The notes: generated by a model from the sequence alone, not told the origin. DNA of 64,000 nucleotides from Acidobacteriota bacterium (GCA_045862895.1 BTUO01000005.1:207980-271979), one strand, 5' to 3'; counted from the stretch's first letter, positions 23,336 through 33,437 are shown. Numbers and translations are program-made.

Positions 23336-25492
23336 ATGAGCCGATCACTCGCGCTCCGCCTCGCCCTGATCTGGATCGGGGCGAGGCTCCTCGACCCGTC
23401 CGCCGTCGCGCAGCCGATCGACACCGGGTGGGTCTGGACGACTCCCGGATACGAAATCGGGGCGGCAGGCATCGCCGTCTCCGATTTCGACGGTGACGGA
23501 CGCGACGATCTTCACCTCGCGTCCCGTGGCGGGTCGTACTACGGGTCCCAGTACGCCTACTGGCACGAATGGCAACCGGACGGACCGGTGGTCCGGCAGG
23601 AGTGGAGCTCGCTCTTCCTCGAGGACGGAATTCAGAAGCTCGTCGCCACCCGGTCGCCGGAAGATCGGTTCATCGCCGTCTCGGGCACCGAGCTCCTCGT
23701 CTTCCACGGCATCGACCACGACCTCGAACGAACCATCGTCACCGACTACTCGGCGATCGCGGATCTGGTCGTCGACGATCTCGACGGCGACGGCGACCTC
23801 GAGCTGGCCCTCTGCGACGAGGAGAACTTCTACGTCCGGTCGTTCTCGACCGGACTCGAATCGGGGCGTCGGTACGGTTTCGGCTGTTCGCAGATTCTGT
23901 CCGGCCAGTTCGACGCCGACCCGGCGAATGAGCTCGTGTTGGTCGGGAATCTCGCCGGAGGATTCGTCCTGGATGGCGCGACCCTCGCGATTCAGTGGGT
24001 GGAGCTCGACGGCTTCGGCGACCGTGCGACAGTCGCGGATGTCGACTCCGACGGAGACGACGAGATCATCCATTACCGGGAAGACGACGACGACCTCGTC
24101 GCCGTGGAGCCGGGATTGCCGGCGGCCTACTGGGAGATCGAGGGCTGCAATCCGTCCTACCTCGACGCGATGGACGTCGACGGCGATGGCGACGCCGAGG
24201 TCGTGGCTTACGACGGGGGCGTGTTCGGAGGACTGGCCGCGATCGATTCGGCCACCGGCGTTCCGGTCTGGAGCCTCCAGCTCGGAGCCGAACCCCGATC
24301 GGTTGCGGTCGGTGATTTCTACGGCGACGACGAGCACGAGCTCGCGGTCGCCGGCGCGGACAGCTCCTACGGAGGGAGCAACGACATTCTCGTGTTCGAC
24401 CTCTCCACGCTCCTGCTCCAGTCGCGTACGCCGCTGCTCGGGTCGCAGCTCGCGACCTTCGTGGTCGGCGATCTGGACGGCGACTCCTCTCCCGATCTCG
24501 TGACGGCCTTCGGAAGCGACAGTTACGGCTACGGAGGGGACCGCATCGCGTATTTCGACATCTCGGATCGTCGACTCGAGTGGATCGAACCGACGGCCAC
24601 GGCGACGGAGTTTCTCGCGCTCGGGCAAGCCGACGCGGATCCCCAACCGGAGATCTGCCGGACGAGCTCCGAGTACTACAGCGAGCGGTCCCTCCGATGC
24701 GAGGACTCTCTCACTCACGCCGTCGAGTGGGGAATCGACTTCCAGGGCGAGGACAGCCCGGGACGGGTCACGTTCCTCGACCTGGACGGATCGTCACCGT
24801 CGGAAGTCGCGGTATCGACCGCGAACGAGCTCGTTTACGTGTTCGAAGGGCCTTCCGGCTGGTTGCGGTGGGCGAGCCCGGCGCTCGCCTCCACCACCAC
24901 GGCGCTCCGTGTCGCGGAGGTCGACGGCGACGGCCAGCCCGAGCTGCTGGCCGGCGGCGGCGACTACTACTACGGAGGAAACCTCGCCGTCATCGACCCG
25001 GCGACCGGCGCGCTCCTCGCCGGTCCGCACGAGATCGATCTCGCCGCGTTCGACGCGGCTCAAATCGACGTCGATCCCGAAATGGACGTGCTCGGTGGAT
25101 TCGGGTCCTTCGGAGCTTCCCAGCTGGCCGAGGTCGACCCCTGGACCGGCGCGATCCAGCCGGCGATCGCGACGTTCGACGACCCGATCCGGGCGATCCG
25201 GATCGCGGAGATGACCGGCGACGCCCAGGTCGATTTCGTCGTGCTCAGCGGACCGAAGGCGTTCGTGATCGACGGCTCCACGACGAACATCGTCTGGGAG
25301 AGCCCGCACCTCGGACCGGAAGCGGAGGGGTCCAGGGATCTCGAGCTCGCCGACCTCGGCGGCTCCGATCGCCCGGAGATCATCGTCAACCTCGGCGTCG
25401 GTTTCGCCGTCTTCGGAGTCGTCGACCTGATCCTGTTCGACGACGGCTTCGAGTCCGGCGACACCTCCGCGTGGTCCTCGACCTCCCCCTGA
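23336..25492 (+). CDS. Secreted FG-GAP/VCBS-repeat beta-propeller protein ending in shared C-terminal motif LILFDDGFESGDTSAWSSTSP
   Basis: Repeated FDGDGRDD / DLDGDGDLE / DVDSDGDDE / DVDGDGDAE / DLDGDSSPD FG-GAP calcium-loop motifs; signal peptide; GGAGGG RBS. Confidence 0.8.
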   Translation: MSRSLALRLALIWIGARLLDPSAVAQPIDTGWVWTTPGYEIGAAGIAVSDFDGDGRDDLHLASRGGSYYGSQYAYWHEWQPDGPVVRQEWSSLFLEDGIQKLVATRSPEDRFIAVSGTELLVFHGIDHDLERTIVTDYSAIADLVVDDLDGDGDLELALCDEENFYVRSFSTGLESGRRYGFGCSQILSGQFDADPANELVLVGNLAGGFVLDGATLAIQWVELDGFGDRATVADVDSDGDDEIIHYREDDDDLVAVEPGLPAAYWEIEGCNPSYLDAMDVDGDGDAEVVAYDGGVFGGLAAIDSATGVPVWSLQLGAEPRSVAVGDFYGDDEHELAVAGADSSYGGSNDILVFDLSTLLLQSRTPLLGSQLATFVVGDLDGDSSPDLVTAFGSDSYGYGGDRIAYFDISDRRLEWIEPTATATEFLALGQADADPQPEICRTSSEYYSERSLRCEDSLTHAVEWGIDFQGEDSPGRVTFLDLDGSSPSEVAVSTANELVYVFEGPSGWLRWASPALASTTTALRVAEVDGDGQPELLAGGGDYYYGGNLAVIDPATGALLAGPHEIDLAAFDAAQIDVDPEMDVLGGFGSFGASQLAEVDPWTGAIQPAIATFDDPIRAIRIAEMTGDAQVDFVVLSGPKAFVIDGSTTNIVWESPHLGPEAEGSRDLELADLGGSDRPEIIVNLGVGFAVFGVVDLILFDDGFESGDTSAWSSTSP

Positions 25493-25505
25493 CCCGCCCG
25501 CGGCG

Positions 25506-26384
25506 CTACCGCGGGTTCGGGGCCGCGGGCGGGACCAGGTCGCGGGCGAGGCGCTCGCCCAGCTCGCGGGCCGCGTCGGCGAGCACCTTCTCGAGCGAGC
25601 GGGCGATCGCGTCGCCGTAGCGGCGACCGGCGGCGGACTCGCTGAACTCGACGTAGCTCGTCAATTCCTCGTCGGACAGCTCGCGGTAGGTGTAGGCGAA
25701 CCCGGATCGGGCTTCGGCCTCGCCCTCGGCGATCATCGCGTCGCGCTCGGCCGCCATCTGGCGGGCGACCAGGCCGGGATCGAGCCCGAGCTGCGGGGCG
25801 GCGAGGGCGAGCCCCCGGAACATGCCGTCGGCGACCGTCGAACCGATCGCATAGATGACCTCGCCGGCGCGGGTCGCCTGCGCCAGCCGGTGGAAGAGCG
25901 CGCGGCGGGGCTCCCCCGACGCGGCGAGCAGCTTCGGCCCCAGGTGCTCGCCGTGATCGCCGCCGGTCACGCTCGTCGCCTGCTCCTCGAAGGAGGTGAT
26001 CCTGCGCCCGAGGTCGGTCTCGAGCCATGCGAGCGCGGCGTCGATCGTCGCGACGTCGAGCGCGGACGCCAGCTCCTCGGTCATCCGCGTGCGCAGCCGG
26101 TCCGCGGCGAAGGCCTCCCGGATCGCCGCCTCCAGCGCCGCCGCCTCCCTCGAGCCGAGGCTGTCCTTGGCGCCGCGCTGCATCTGGGCGAGACCGTCGA
26201 GCGACTGCGGCCCGATCTGCGCGATCTGGCTCCAGATCCCCGAGCGCTCCATCAGTCGGAGGACCCGCTCGTTGCCGGCACGGACCTTCTCCTCGGCGAC
26301 CCCCGAGAGCGGAACCGACGCCGCGAGCAGCACGGCGAAACCATGCCGCCGCAAGCGACTCGCGACCAGGCCGGTGCGATTCAT
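25506..26384 (-). CDS. Secreted DUF2059-like protein
   Basis: Signal peptide; YRELSDEELTSYVEFSESAAGRRY resembles the DUF2059 motif. Confidence 0.5.
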   Translation of the reverse strand: MNRTGLVASRLRRHGFAVLLAASVPLSGVAEEKVRAGNERVLRLMERSGIWSQIAQIGPQSLDGLAQMQRGAKDSLGSREAAALEAAIREAFAADRLRTRMTEELASALDVATIDAALAWLETDLGRRITSFEEQATSVTGGDHGEHLGPKLLAASGEPRRALFHRLAQATRAGEVIYAIGSTVADGMFRGLALAAPQLGLDPGLVARQMAAERDAMIAEGEAEARSGFAYTYRELSDEELTSYVEFSESAAGRRYGDAIARSLEKVLADAARELGERLARDLVPPAAPNPR

Positions 26385-26402
26385 CGCGGGCGCCTCACCG
26401 GC

Positions 26403-27479
26403 TCACACCCGCAGCAGCACCGCGCCCCAATGGAGGCCGGCGCCCAGCGCGGCGAAGGCGACCAGCGAGCCCGGCGGGGCCTTGCCCGCGGCACGGGCCT
26501 CGTGGAAGGCGAGCGGCAACGTCGCCGAGGTGGTGTTGCCCCAGCGCTCGATGTTGTTGAAGACCTTGTCGTCGGGAAGGCCGAGCTGCTTCTGCGCCGC
26601 CTCGTTGATCCGGAGGTTGGCCTGGTGCATCACGAGCAGGTCGAGGTCGTCCTTGCCGTAGCCGTGCTCCGTGAGCAGCGCCAGCGTCGCCTCCGGCATG
26701 CGGGTGACGGCGAGCTTGAAGACCTGGCGTCCCTCCATCACCGGCACGGTGTCGGCGGCTTCGAGCTGCGCGACGTCGACCCACGGGCGGCGCGCGGAAC
26801 CGGCGCCGGGGACGTGCAGGATCGACATGTGGTTGCCGTCGCCGAAGAGCCTGCTGCCCAGGATGCCGCGGCCGTCGCCAGCGTCCGAGGCGCGGAAGAC
26901 CATGGCGCCGGCGCCGTCGCCGAACAGAACGAGCAGGTGACGGAAGCGGTTGTTCCACTCGAGCTCGTCCGCGGAGAGCGGCCCCGGCTCGCGCCCTTCG
27001 ATCACCGCCCAGGTGCGTTCCGAGTAAGGCATCAACGCCGTGTGGACGTCGCAGCCGACCAGCAGGACCGTCCTGGCGATCCCCGAGCGGATCAGCGCGT
27101 CGACCGTCTGCAGTCCGTAGGCGAAGCCGGCGCACTGCTGGCGGATGTCGAGCGCCGGGATCGGCGGCAGACCGAGCTTCTTCTGGATCAGCGTGCCGAC
27201 CCCCGGAAAGTAGTGATCCGGCGTCATCGTCGCGGCGACCAGATAGTCGACCTCGCCCGGGTCGACCCCGGCGTCGGCGAGCGCCGCGCGCGCCGCCTCC
27301 GCGCCCAGGTCCGAGGAACCGACCCCCTTCTCGACGTAACGCCGCTCGCGGATGCCGCTGCGCTCGACGATCCAGGCGTCGTTGGTGTCCATCGCACGCC
27401 CCAGGATGTCGTTGCCGACGACACGCGGCGGTACGGCGATGCCGCTGCCGGCGAGCACGGAGCGCAGCGGAGCGCTCAC
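26403..27479 (-). CDS. fabH: 3-oxoacyl-[acyl-carrier-protein] synthase III
   Basis: Full-length KAS III homology (active-site Cys in ALDIRQQCAGFAYGL, HQAN, N..GNTSSAT motifs); GTG start with GGGGAGG RBS; GTGA overlap with upstream gene. Confidence 0.9.
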   Translation of the reverse strand: MSAPLRSVLAGSGIAVPPRVVGNDILGRAMDTNDAWIVERSGIRERRYVEKGVGSSDLGAEAARAALADAGVDPGEVDYLVAATMTPDHYFPGVGTLIQKKLGLPPIPALDIRQQCAGFAYGLQTVDALIRSGIARTVLLVGCDVHTALMPYSERTWAVIEGREPGPLSADELEWNNRFRHLLVLFGDGAGAMVFRASDAGDGRGILGSRLFGDGNHMSILHVPGAGSARRPWVDVAQLEAADTVPVMEGRQVFKLAVTRMPEATLALLTEHGYGKDDLDLLVMHQANLRINEAAQKQLGLPDDKVFNNIERWGNTTSATLPLAFHEARAAGKAPPGSLVAFAALGAGLHWGAVLLRV

Positions 27480-28060
27480 CGCGGCCTCCCCACCGGCGGC
27501 CGCTGCGTGTAGCGGCCGGGGCGGCCGGGGACGTAGAACTTCGTGACGTCGCCCTGGCGCGCGAACCTGTAGACGCGCTGCGGCCGCTTGCCGTCGAGCC
27601 CCTTCGCCGCGTCGCCCGGGTAGCGCCAGAGCTCGAGCGGCGGCTCGCCGTAGAGATCGCTGGGCTCGAACTCGATCTTCTCCGGTTCGCCGTAGAGCAC
27701 GTAGATCGTGCCGCGGTCGGAGGCGCGGCCGGCGCGCCCCGCCTCGGCGAAGCGCTGGTCGGCCTCGGCGGCGCGGCGCTCGGCGGCCTCGCGCACCGGA
27801 TTGCTCGGGCGTTGCGGGTCGGGATCGCGCACTCCCCAGAAGCGCTCGACGAAGGCGAGCGCCGCTTCGTCGTCGACCAGCGCCGTGAACTCGCGCACCT
27901 CGGCGTCCGTCGCCAGCCGACCGGGCGCGCCCAGCAGCCAGCCGGCGAGCTCCGGCGAGAGCAGCGGATTGAGCAGGTCGACCGCCTCGCGCTCCGCCGC
28001 CGCCAGCGGGGCGGCGACGCCGAGGGCCAGCGCCAGGACGAGCGCGCGGCGGCAGGTCAA
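27476..28060 (-). CDS. Secreted GWxTD-domain-like protein (degenerate motif)
   Basis: FW..RDPDP ... DRGTIYVLYGEPEKIEFEP ... ELWRY matches GWxTD-family layout; TTG start at 28060 with GGAGG 9 nt upstream gives signal peptide; the long upstream extension to 28396 is R/P-rich. Confidence 0.5.
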   Translation of the reverse strand: MTCRRALVLALALGVAAPLAAAEREAVDLLNPLLSPELAGWLLGAPGRLATDAEVREFTALVDDEAALAFVERFWGVRDPDPQRPSNPVREAAERRAAEADQRFAEAGRAGRASDRGTIYVLYGEPEKIEFEPSDLYGEPPLELWRYPGDAAKGLDGKRPQRVYRFARQGDVTKFYVPGRPGRYTQRPPVGRPR

Positions 28061-28668
28061 GACTCGGGCCTCCGCAACAGATCGAGGAACTCCTCGCGCA
28101 CCGGGCGCTGGTGGAAGATGCCGCGGATCGAGGAGGTCACCGTCACCGCCCCCGGCTTCTTGACGCCGCGCATCTCGACGCACAGGTGGCGCGCCTCGAT
28201 CACCACCATCACCCCCTGCGGTGCGAGCTTGCTCTCGAGGTAGTCGGCGACCTGCTCGGTCAGCCGCTCCTGGAGCTGCGGCCGCTTGGCGTAGAACTCG
28301 AGGATGCGGGCGAACTTCGACAGCCCCAGGATCGAGTCGTTGGGAATGTAGGCGAGGTGGGCGTGGCCGTAGAACGGCACCAGGTGGTGGGCGCACATCG
28401 AGTAGAACGGGATGCGCTTCTCCATCACCATCGCGCTGTAGCGCTCCTCGTTGGGGAAGACCGTGATCGCCGGCTCGGCCCCCTCCTGGAGGCCGTGGAA
28501 CATCTCGGCGTACATCTTGGCCACCCGCCGGTCGGTCTCGGCGAGGTTGGGGTCCGCGAGGTCGAGTCCGAGCTCGGTCAGGATGCCGCGGACGTGGCCG
28601 GCGATCCGCTCCAGCCGCTCCGGCTCGAGCAGATCCAGGGCGTTCGGGGAAGTGCTCGTCGGGCTCAT
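28057..28668 (-). CDS. folE: GTP cyclohydrolase I
   Basis: Strong FolE homology (FYSMCAHHLVPFYGHAHLAYIP, LQERLT); ATG at 28668; alternative ATG at 28707 has a better SD (AAGGGGTGGAG) but would overlap the divergent methyltransferase start. Confidence 0.85.
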   Translation of the reverse strand: MSPTSTSPNALDLLEPERLERIAGHVRGILTELGLDLADPNLAETDRRVAKMYAEMFHGLQEGAEPAITVFPNEERYSAMVMEKRIPFYSMCAHHLVPFYGHAHLAYIPNDSILGLSKFARILEFYAKRPQLQERLTEQVADYLESKLAPQGVMVVIEARHLCVEMRGVKKPGAVTVTSSIRGIFHQRPVREEFLDLLRRPES

Positions 28669-28694
28669 CGAATCGATCCTAGCCCACCTTAGAA

Positions 28695-29902
28695 TGGCCG
28701 CCGACATGCTCCACCCCTTCGACCCGGGGCCGCGACCGCGCATCCCCGAAGATCTGCTGGGCGAGATTCCGGAATCGCTCTTCGACGACCGCATCTACGC
28801 TGCCTGCGAGCTCGCCGAGCGTTACGCCACCGATCTCGCGCTCGCGATCGCGCGCCGCCTCGGCCTCGTCGAGCCGCTCGCCGCGGGCGGCACCGCCGCC
28901 ACGCTCGCCGCCGGGCGGGGTTTCGATCCGGCGTTCGAACCCGCAATCGAGGCGCTGCTCGAGCGCCTGGCCGCCGCCGGCGAGCTGGTGCGCGCGGACG
29001 GCGCGAGCGGCCCGGTCTACCGCCGCGACGGTCCAGCGCGAGAGCCCGAGCTCGCCGCGCTGCGCGCGATCGGCATGGCGATCGATCCGCGCATCGTCGC
29101 CACACTCGACCTGCTCGACGCCGCGGCGGCGGCCTGGCCGGCGGTGGCCTCGGGGCGGACCACCGGCGAGAAGGAGCTGTTCTCCGCCGGCTCGATCGCG
29201 CTCTGGCTCGCCTACTTCTCCAACGACAACCCGGTCTACGCGCTCAACAACCTGCTGACCGCGGTGGTGGCGGCGAACCGGCTGCCCGACCGGGAGGGAC
29301 TCTCGGTGCTCGAGGTCGGGGCCGGCGCCGGCGGTTTCACCGCGACCCTGCTCGACGAGCTCGCCCGGCGCGGGCGCCTCGGCCAGGTCGCGCGCTACAA
29401 GCCCACCGAGCCGTCGCCGTTCTTCCGACGGCGCGGCGAGCGCGAGCTCAAGGCCCGCTTCCCGCAGGTGCCGCTCACCTTCCGCGCCCTCGACGTCGAC
29501 CAGCCGTTCGTCGCGCAAGGGCTCTCCGCCGAGCTCCGCGATCTCGTCGTGGGCGTCAACGTCCTGCACGTCGCGCGCGACCTCGGCGCCGCGTTGGCGC
29601 GGATCCGGGAGACCCTCGCCCCGGGCGGCTGGCTGGTCGCGGGTGAGTGCCTGCGCCTCTTCCCGCGCCAGCCGGTGCCGGCCGACCTGGTCTTCCAGCT
29701 CTTCCGCAGCTTCACCGACGTCGGCACCGACCCCGTGCTGCGACCGCACCACGGCTTCCTCGAGCCGTCGGCGTGGCGCACCGCGCTCGAGGCCGCGGGC
29801 TTCGTCGAGGTCGCCGTGGTGCCCGACCTGGAGCGGATCCGCGCGATCTACCCGCGCTTCTTCGCCGGCGTCGTCGTCGGCCGCCGGCCGGTCGTGGGAT
29901 GA
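28695..29902 (+). CDS. Class I SAM-dependent methyltransferase
   Basis: LEVGAGAGGFT glycine-rich SAM motif, methyltransferase fold; start at MAADMLHPF (upstream 80 codons are S/R-rich). Confidence 0.7.
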
Positions 29903-29922
29903 TCGGCGCCGGAGGGGACGCC

Positions 29923-30168
29923 ATGCCGCCCGAGATCACCATCGAGTACTGCGTCGTTTGAAACTACCTGCCCCGGGCCGCCGGTCTGGCGGTCGCGATC
30001 GAGGCGGAGCTGGGATGGAAGCCGGTCTTGATCAAAGGTTCGGGCGGCGTCTTCGAGGTTCGCGCCGATGGCGAACGGGTCTTCTCGAAGAAGCAGGTCG
30101 GCCGCTTCCCGAACCCCGGCGAAGTGATCGAGGCGCTGCGCGCCCGGGCCTCGCCGCCGGCCGGCTGA
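29923..30168 (+). CDS. selW: SelW/Rdx-family selenoprotein (SelW-like), in-frame TGA at 29959..29961 read as selenocysteine
   Basis: MPPEITIEYCVV-U-NYLPRAAGLAVAIEAELGWKPVLIKGSGGVFEVRADGERVFSKKQVGRFPNPGEVIEALRARASPPAG: the CxxU redox motif and the G.FEV..G..VFSKK..GRFP core align with SelW; GGAGGGGA RBS 5 nt upstream; bSECIS-like hairpin 15 nt after TGA. Confidence 0.7.
29976..29994 (+). ncRNA. bSECIS-like stem-loop (7-bp stem ggCCGCC/GGCGGtc, apical loop GGUCU) downstream of the SelW UGA
   Basis: Hairpin begins 15 nt after UGA, apex 22-26 nt from UGA, G and U in apical loop as in bacterial SECIS elements. Confidence 0.5.
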
Positions 30169-30178
30169 GCCCGAATCG

Positions 30179-31306
30179 ATGACGGCGCTGGCGCTGGCCA
30201 CCGCGCTCGCCGCCCTCGCCGTCGCCCTGCGCGCGGCCCTGCCGCGCCTGCGAGCGCCGCGCCTGGCCGCGCCCGAAGACCCCAGCGAATCGACCGCGGT
30301 CGACGTTCTGTTGCCGGTCCGCGACGAGGAGTCGAACGTCGCCGACTGCGTCGCGGCGCTCCTCGCTCAACGGGTCCCGGTGCGCGTCCTCGTGCTCGAC
30401 GACGGCTCCCGCGATGCCACCGCCGCGATCACTGGCGCGCTCGCCGCCGCCGAGCCGCGCGTCGCCTTCGAGCGCGTCCCCGAGCCCCCGTCCGGTGCCA
30501 GCGGCAAGGTCGCGGCGCTCGCCCACGGCGAGCGGCGGACGGCCGGCGACTGGCTGCTGGCGGTCGACGCCGACGCCCGGCCCGCACCGGACGCGCTCGC
30601 GTGCGCCCTCGCCACCGCCCGCGCGCGCTCTCTCGATGCCCTCTCGCTCGCCGCGCGCCAGCGCGCGCCGCGCCCGGGCGAGGCGCTGCTGACACCGCTG
30701 GTCTTCGCCCTGCTCGACGTCGCTCTCGGCGACTGGCGCCGCGCCGCCGACGGCCGCGGCGCGCCGGTGGCCAACGGCCAGTTCCTGTTGGTGCGTCGCG
30801 CCGCGCTCGCTGCGGTCGGCGGCTACGGCGCGATCGCGACCGAACCGCTCGACGACGTCGCGCTCGCCCGCCGCCTGGCGGCGGGCGGATTCCGGGTCGG
30901 CTTCCTGCGCGCCCGCACGGCGCTCGCGGTGCGGATGTACCGCGGCGCCGGGGCGACTTTCCACGGCTGGCGCCGGAACCTGGCGCTGATCTTCGGCGCG
31001 CGCCCCGGCGCGCCGCTCGCCGCCGCCGCCCTGCTCGCCGCCCCCGGTGTCGCGGCGGTCGCGGCGCTCGCCGCCGGCCGCCCCGGGACGGCGCTCGCGG
31101 CCTGGGCGGCGGGCGCGCTGGCTTCCGCCGTCGCCCGCGCGGGCACCGGCAGCTCGCCGCTGTGGGGAGTGCTCCACCCGCTCGACGCCCTCGCTCTGAC
31201 CGGCACGCTGGCGGTCGCCGCCCGGGACCATCGCCGCGGCCGGCTGGCCCGCTGGCGCGGGCGCGACCTGTCGCCCGGCGCCGGGCCCCCGTCCCGGCGC
31301 GCCTAA
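30179..31306 (+). CDS. Family 2 glycosyltransferase (membrane-associated)
   Basis: GT2 DxD region (VLVLDDGSRD ... LAVDADA) and C-terminal TM segments. Confidence 0.7.
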   Translation: MTALALATALAALAVALRAALPRLRAPRLAAPEDPSESTAVDVLLPVRDEESNVADCVAALLAQRVPVRVLVLDDGSRDATAAITGALAAAEPRVAFERVPEPPSGASGKVAALAHGERRTAGDWLLAVDADARPAPDALACALATARARSLDALSLAARQRAPRPGEALLTPLVFALLDVALGDWRRAADGRGAPVANGQFLLVRRAALAAVGGYGAIATEPLDDVALARRLAAGGFRVGFLRARTALAVRMYRGAGATFHGWRRNLALIFGARPGAPLAAAALLAAPGVAAVAALAAGRPGTALAAWAAGALASAVARAGTGSSPLWGVLHPLDALALTGTLAVAARDHRRGRLARWRGRDLSPGAGPPSRRA

Positions 31307-31365
31307 ACCATCGTTCAATTGATCCCCCCGCGCCTCGAGGGCAAGCTCTCCCACGGACGTTCCCC

Positions 31366-31433
31366 GGGAGGGCACGGGGGGCCGGCCTCGAATCCCGCGA
31401 GGCGACGCTGACCGTGCCCTCCCCCCTTTTTCT
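31366..31433 (+). terminator. Putative intrinsic terminator (12-bp stem gggagggcacgg/ccgtgccctccc with structured loop, then CCCTTTTTCTC)
   Basis: Inverted repeat followed by T-tract between GT2 gene and LVIVD gene. Confidence 0.4.
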
Positions 31434-31445
31434 CGGAGGACACGG

Positions 31446-33422
31446 ATGCTCGGACTTCGCATGCTCCCGGCCACCGGCCTGCCCGCCCGCACCGCCGGCT
31501 GGACGCTCGCCCTCGCACTCCTCGCCACCGTCCCCGTCGCGGCCGACCCGACCGTGATCGACCAGGCGGGGGGTGAGCCGGGCGACCTCGTGGTCGCCGG
31601 CGACCTGGCCTACGTCGCCCACGGCCCCGCCGTCGCGGTCTGGCAGCTCGACCCGAACGGCACCGCCGCGCCGGCGCTGGTCTCGACCGCCGCGCCGCTG
31701 CCCGGCCTGGTCAAGGGCGTCGCGGTCGCGGGGGAGTACCTCTTCGCCTCCTGGCGCACCGACTGGCCGAACGGCAAGCTCGCGGTCTATTCGCTCGCCG
31801 ACCCGCTCGTGCCGGCGCACCTGTTCGACTTCACCTACTCGGTCTCCGACTTCCTGTCGCCGGGCGGCCTGCTGCTGATCGGCGACCAGCTCCTGCTCGC
31901 CGACGCCGAGGCGGGCCTGGTGTCGATCGACGTCAGCGATCCGACGGCTCCCGTGGTCGACGCCACGCTCTCGGGTTCGATCGGCATCCAGCGGCTGGCG
32001 CGCGTCGGCGCCGACGGCGTGGTCGCCTGGGGCCGCAGCTTCCTCGGCATGATGTTCCTCGAGACCTTCGACGCCACCGACCCGGCGGCGCCGGCGAGCG
32101 TCGGCTTCTACTCGGGCGCCAACTACTTCGACGCCGCCGTGTTCGGCACCAAGGCGATCCTGGTGGGATTCGGCATGGAGGTCATCGACCTCGCCGATCT
32201 CGCCAACCCGTCCTTCCTGGGAGGCGACGGCAACGTCGTCGGCCGTACCGCGCTCTGGCGCGGGCGCTACGCCTACATCGGCGACGAGAACGGCATCCAC
32301 GTCTGGGACCTGCTCGATCCGGCCAGCCCGGTCGCCGGAGCGGTCGTCCCGGCGCCGGCCGATCGCCACGTGCGCAACGCCCTCCACGCCGCCGCCGACG
32401 GTCCCGAGGCGCTGATGCTGACCGACACCGGCAGGGCGCTGCTCGTCGACCTGTCGACGCCGTCGCTGCCGGAGCTCGAGCACGCCGTCGACCTGCCGGT
32501 CGGGACCGACTCCACCGCCGTCCTCGAGGCGGGCGGGCTGCTCTTCGTGGCCGACTTCTATTCGGGACTGCGCATCGCCGATCCCGGTTTCGCCAGCGTC
32601 GGCCGCTCCGATCCCGGCATCTTCCAGGGCGCCTACGAGGACGTCGACGTCCAGTCGGGCGTCGGCTACCTGGCGAGCTGGGGCTACGGTCTGCTGATCT
32701 ACGACCTCACCGACCCGTCCCAGCCGGCGCCGCTCGGCGACGTCGAGCTCGGCGCCGCCTCGGCGGTCGACGTGGAGGGCGACTGGGCCTACCTGGTCAA
32801 GTCGTCCGGAGGGGGGCTGTTCGCGGTCGCCGACGTGTCGGACCCGACGCAGCCCGTGATCGTCCAGTCCCTCCCCCTTTCGAAGGGGCTCGACGTCCTC
32901 TACCATCAGGGCCTCGCCCTGGTCGCGGACGAGCAGGTCTTCGACATCGGCGGACTTCGGATCTTCGATGTCACGGACCCCGCGTCGCCCGCCGAGATCG
33001 CCCACTACGACACCTGCCCGTCGGCCGGCGGCGTCGCGGCGAACGGTACGCTGGCCGCCGTGGCCTGCCACGACGGCTCCCTGCACGTGGTCGACCTCAC
33101 GGTGCCCACCCTGCCGGTCCAGCTCGGCGTCTGGAGCGATCCCGAGCGCTTGCTCACCGGCCACCGCGTCGCTTTCGACGGCCACCGCGTCTGGTTCGCC
33201 CACTCCGACGGCGTCGACCTCGTCGACGTCTCGGATCCCGCGGCGCCGCGGCGCCTGGCGCTCGCCGATCTCGCCAACTCGGCGCGCGGCATCGATCTCG
33301 CCGCCGACGGCTCGGCCTGGATCGCGACCGGCGTCGGCGGGGTCTACCGCGTCAACCTGGTGGTCTTCGAGGACGGCTTCGAGAGCGGCGGTACCCGTGC
33401 CTGGTCGGCCGCCCAGCCGTAG
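31446..33422 (+). CDS. Secreted LVIVD-repeat beta-propeller protein ending in shared C-terminal motif LVVFEDGFESGGTRAWSAAQP
   Basis: Recurrent AYVAHG / GLVSIDVSDPTAP / LLIYDLTDPSQP / LRIFDVTDPASP / LHVVDLTVPTLP / VDLVDVSDPAAP LVIVD repeats; signal peptide; GGAGG RBS. Confidence 0.8.
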   Translation: MLGLRMLPATGLPARTAGWTLALALLATVPVAADPTVIDQAGGEPGDLVVAGDLAYVAHGPAVAVWQLDPNGTAAPALVSTAAPLPGLVKGVAVAGEYLFASWRTDWPNGKLAVYSLADPLVPAHLFDFTYSVSDFLSPGGLLLIGDQLLLADAEAGLVSIDVSDPTAPVVDATLSGSIGIQRLARVGADGVVAWGRSFLGMMFLETFDATDPAAPASVGFYSGANYFDAAVFGTKAILVGFGMEVIDLADLANPSFLGGDGNVVGRTALWRGRYAYIGDENGIHVWDLLDPASPVAGAVVPAPADRHVRNALHAAADGPEALMLTDTGRALLVDLSTPSLPELEHAVDLPVGTDSTAVLEAGGLLFVADFYSGLRIADPGFASVGRSDPGIFQGAYEDVDVQSGVGYLASWGYGLLIYDLTDPSQPAPLGDVELGAASAVDVEGDWAYLVKSSGGGLFAVADVSDPTQPVIVQSLPLSKGLDVLYHQGLALVADEQVFDIGGLRIFDVTDPASPAEIAHYDTCPSAGGVAANGTLAAVACHDGSLHVVDLTVPTLPVQLGVWSDPERLLTGHRVAFDGHRVWFAHSDGVDLVDVSDPAAPRRLALADLANSARGIDLAADGSAWIATGVGGVYRVNLVVFEDGFESGGTRAWSAAQP

Positions 33423-33437
33423 GCCGGGGAGCGCGCC

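Noticed and set aside
28451-28694. Upstream 81 codons of the methyltransferase ORF and upstream part of the FolE ORF
   Set aside because: S/R-rich and overlapping the divergent partner gene. Internal ATGs with better context give proteins of the expected family length.
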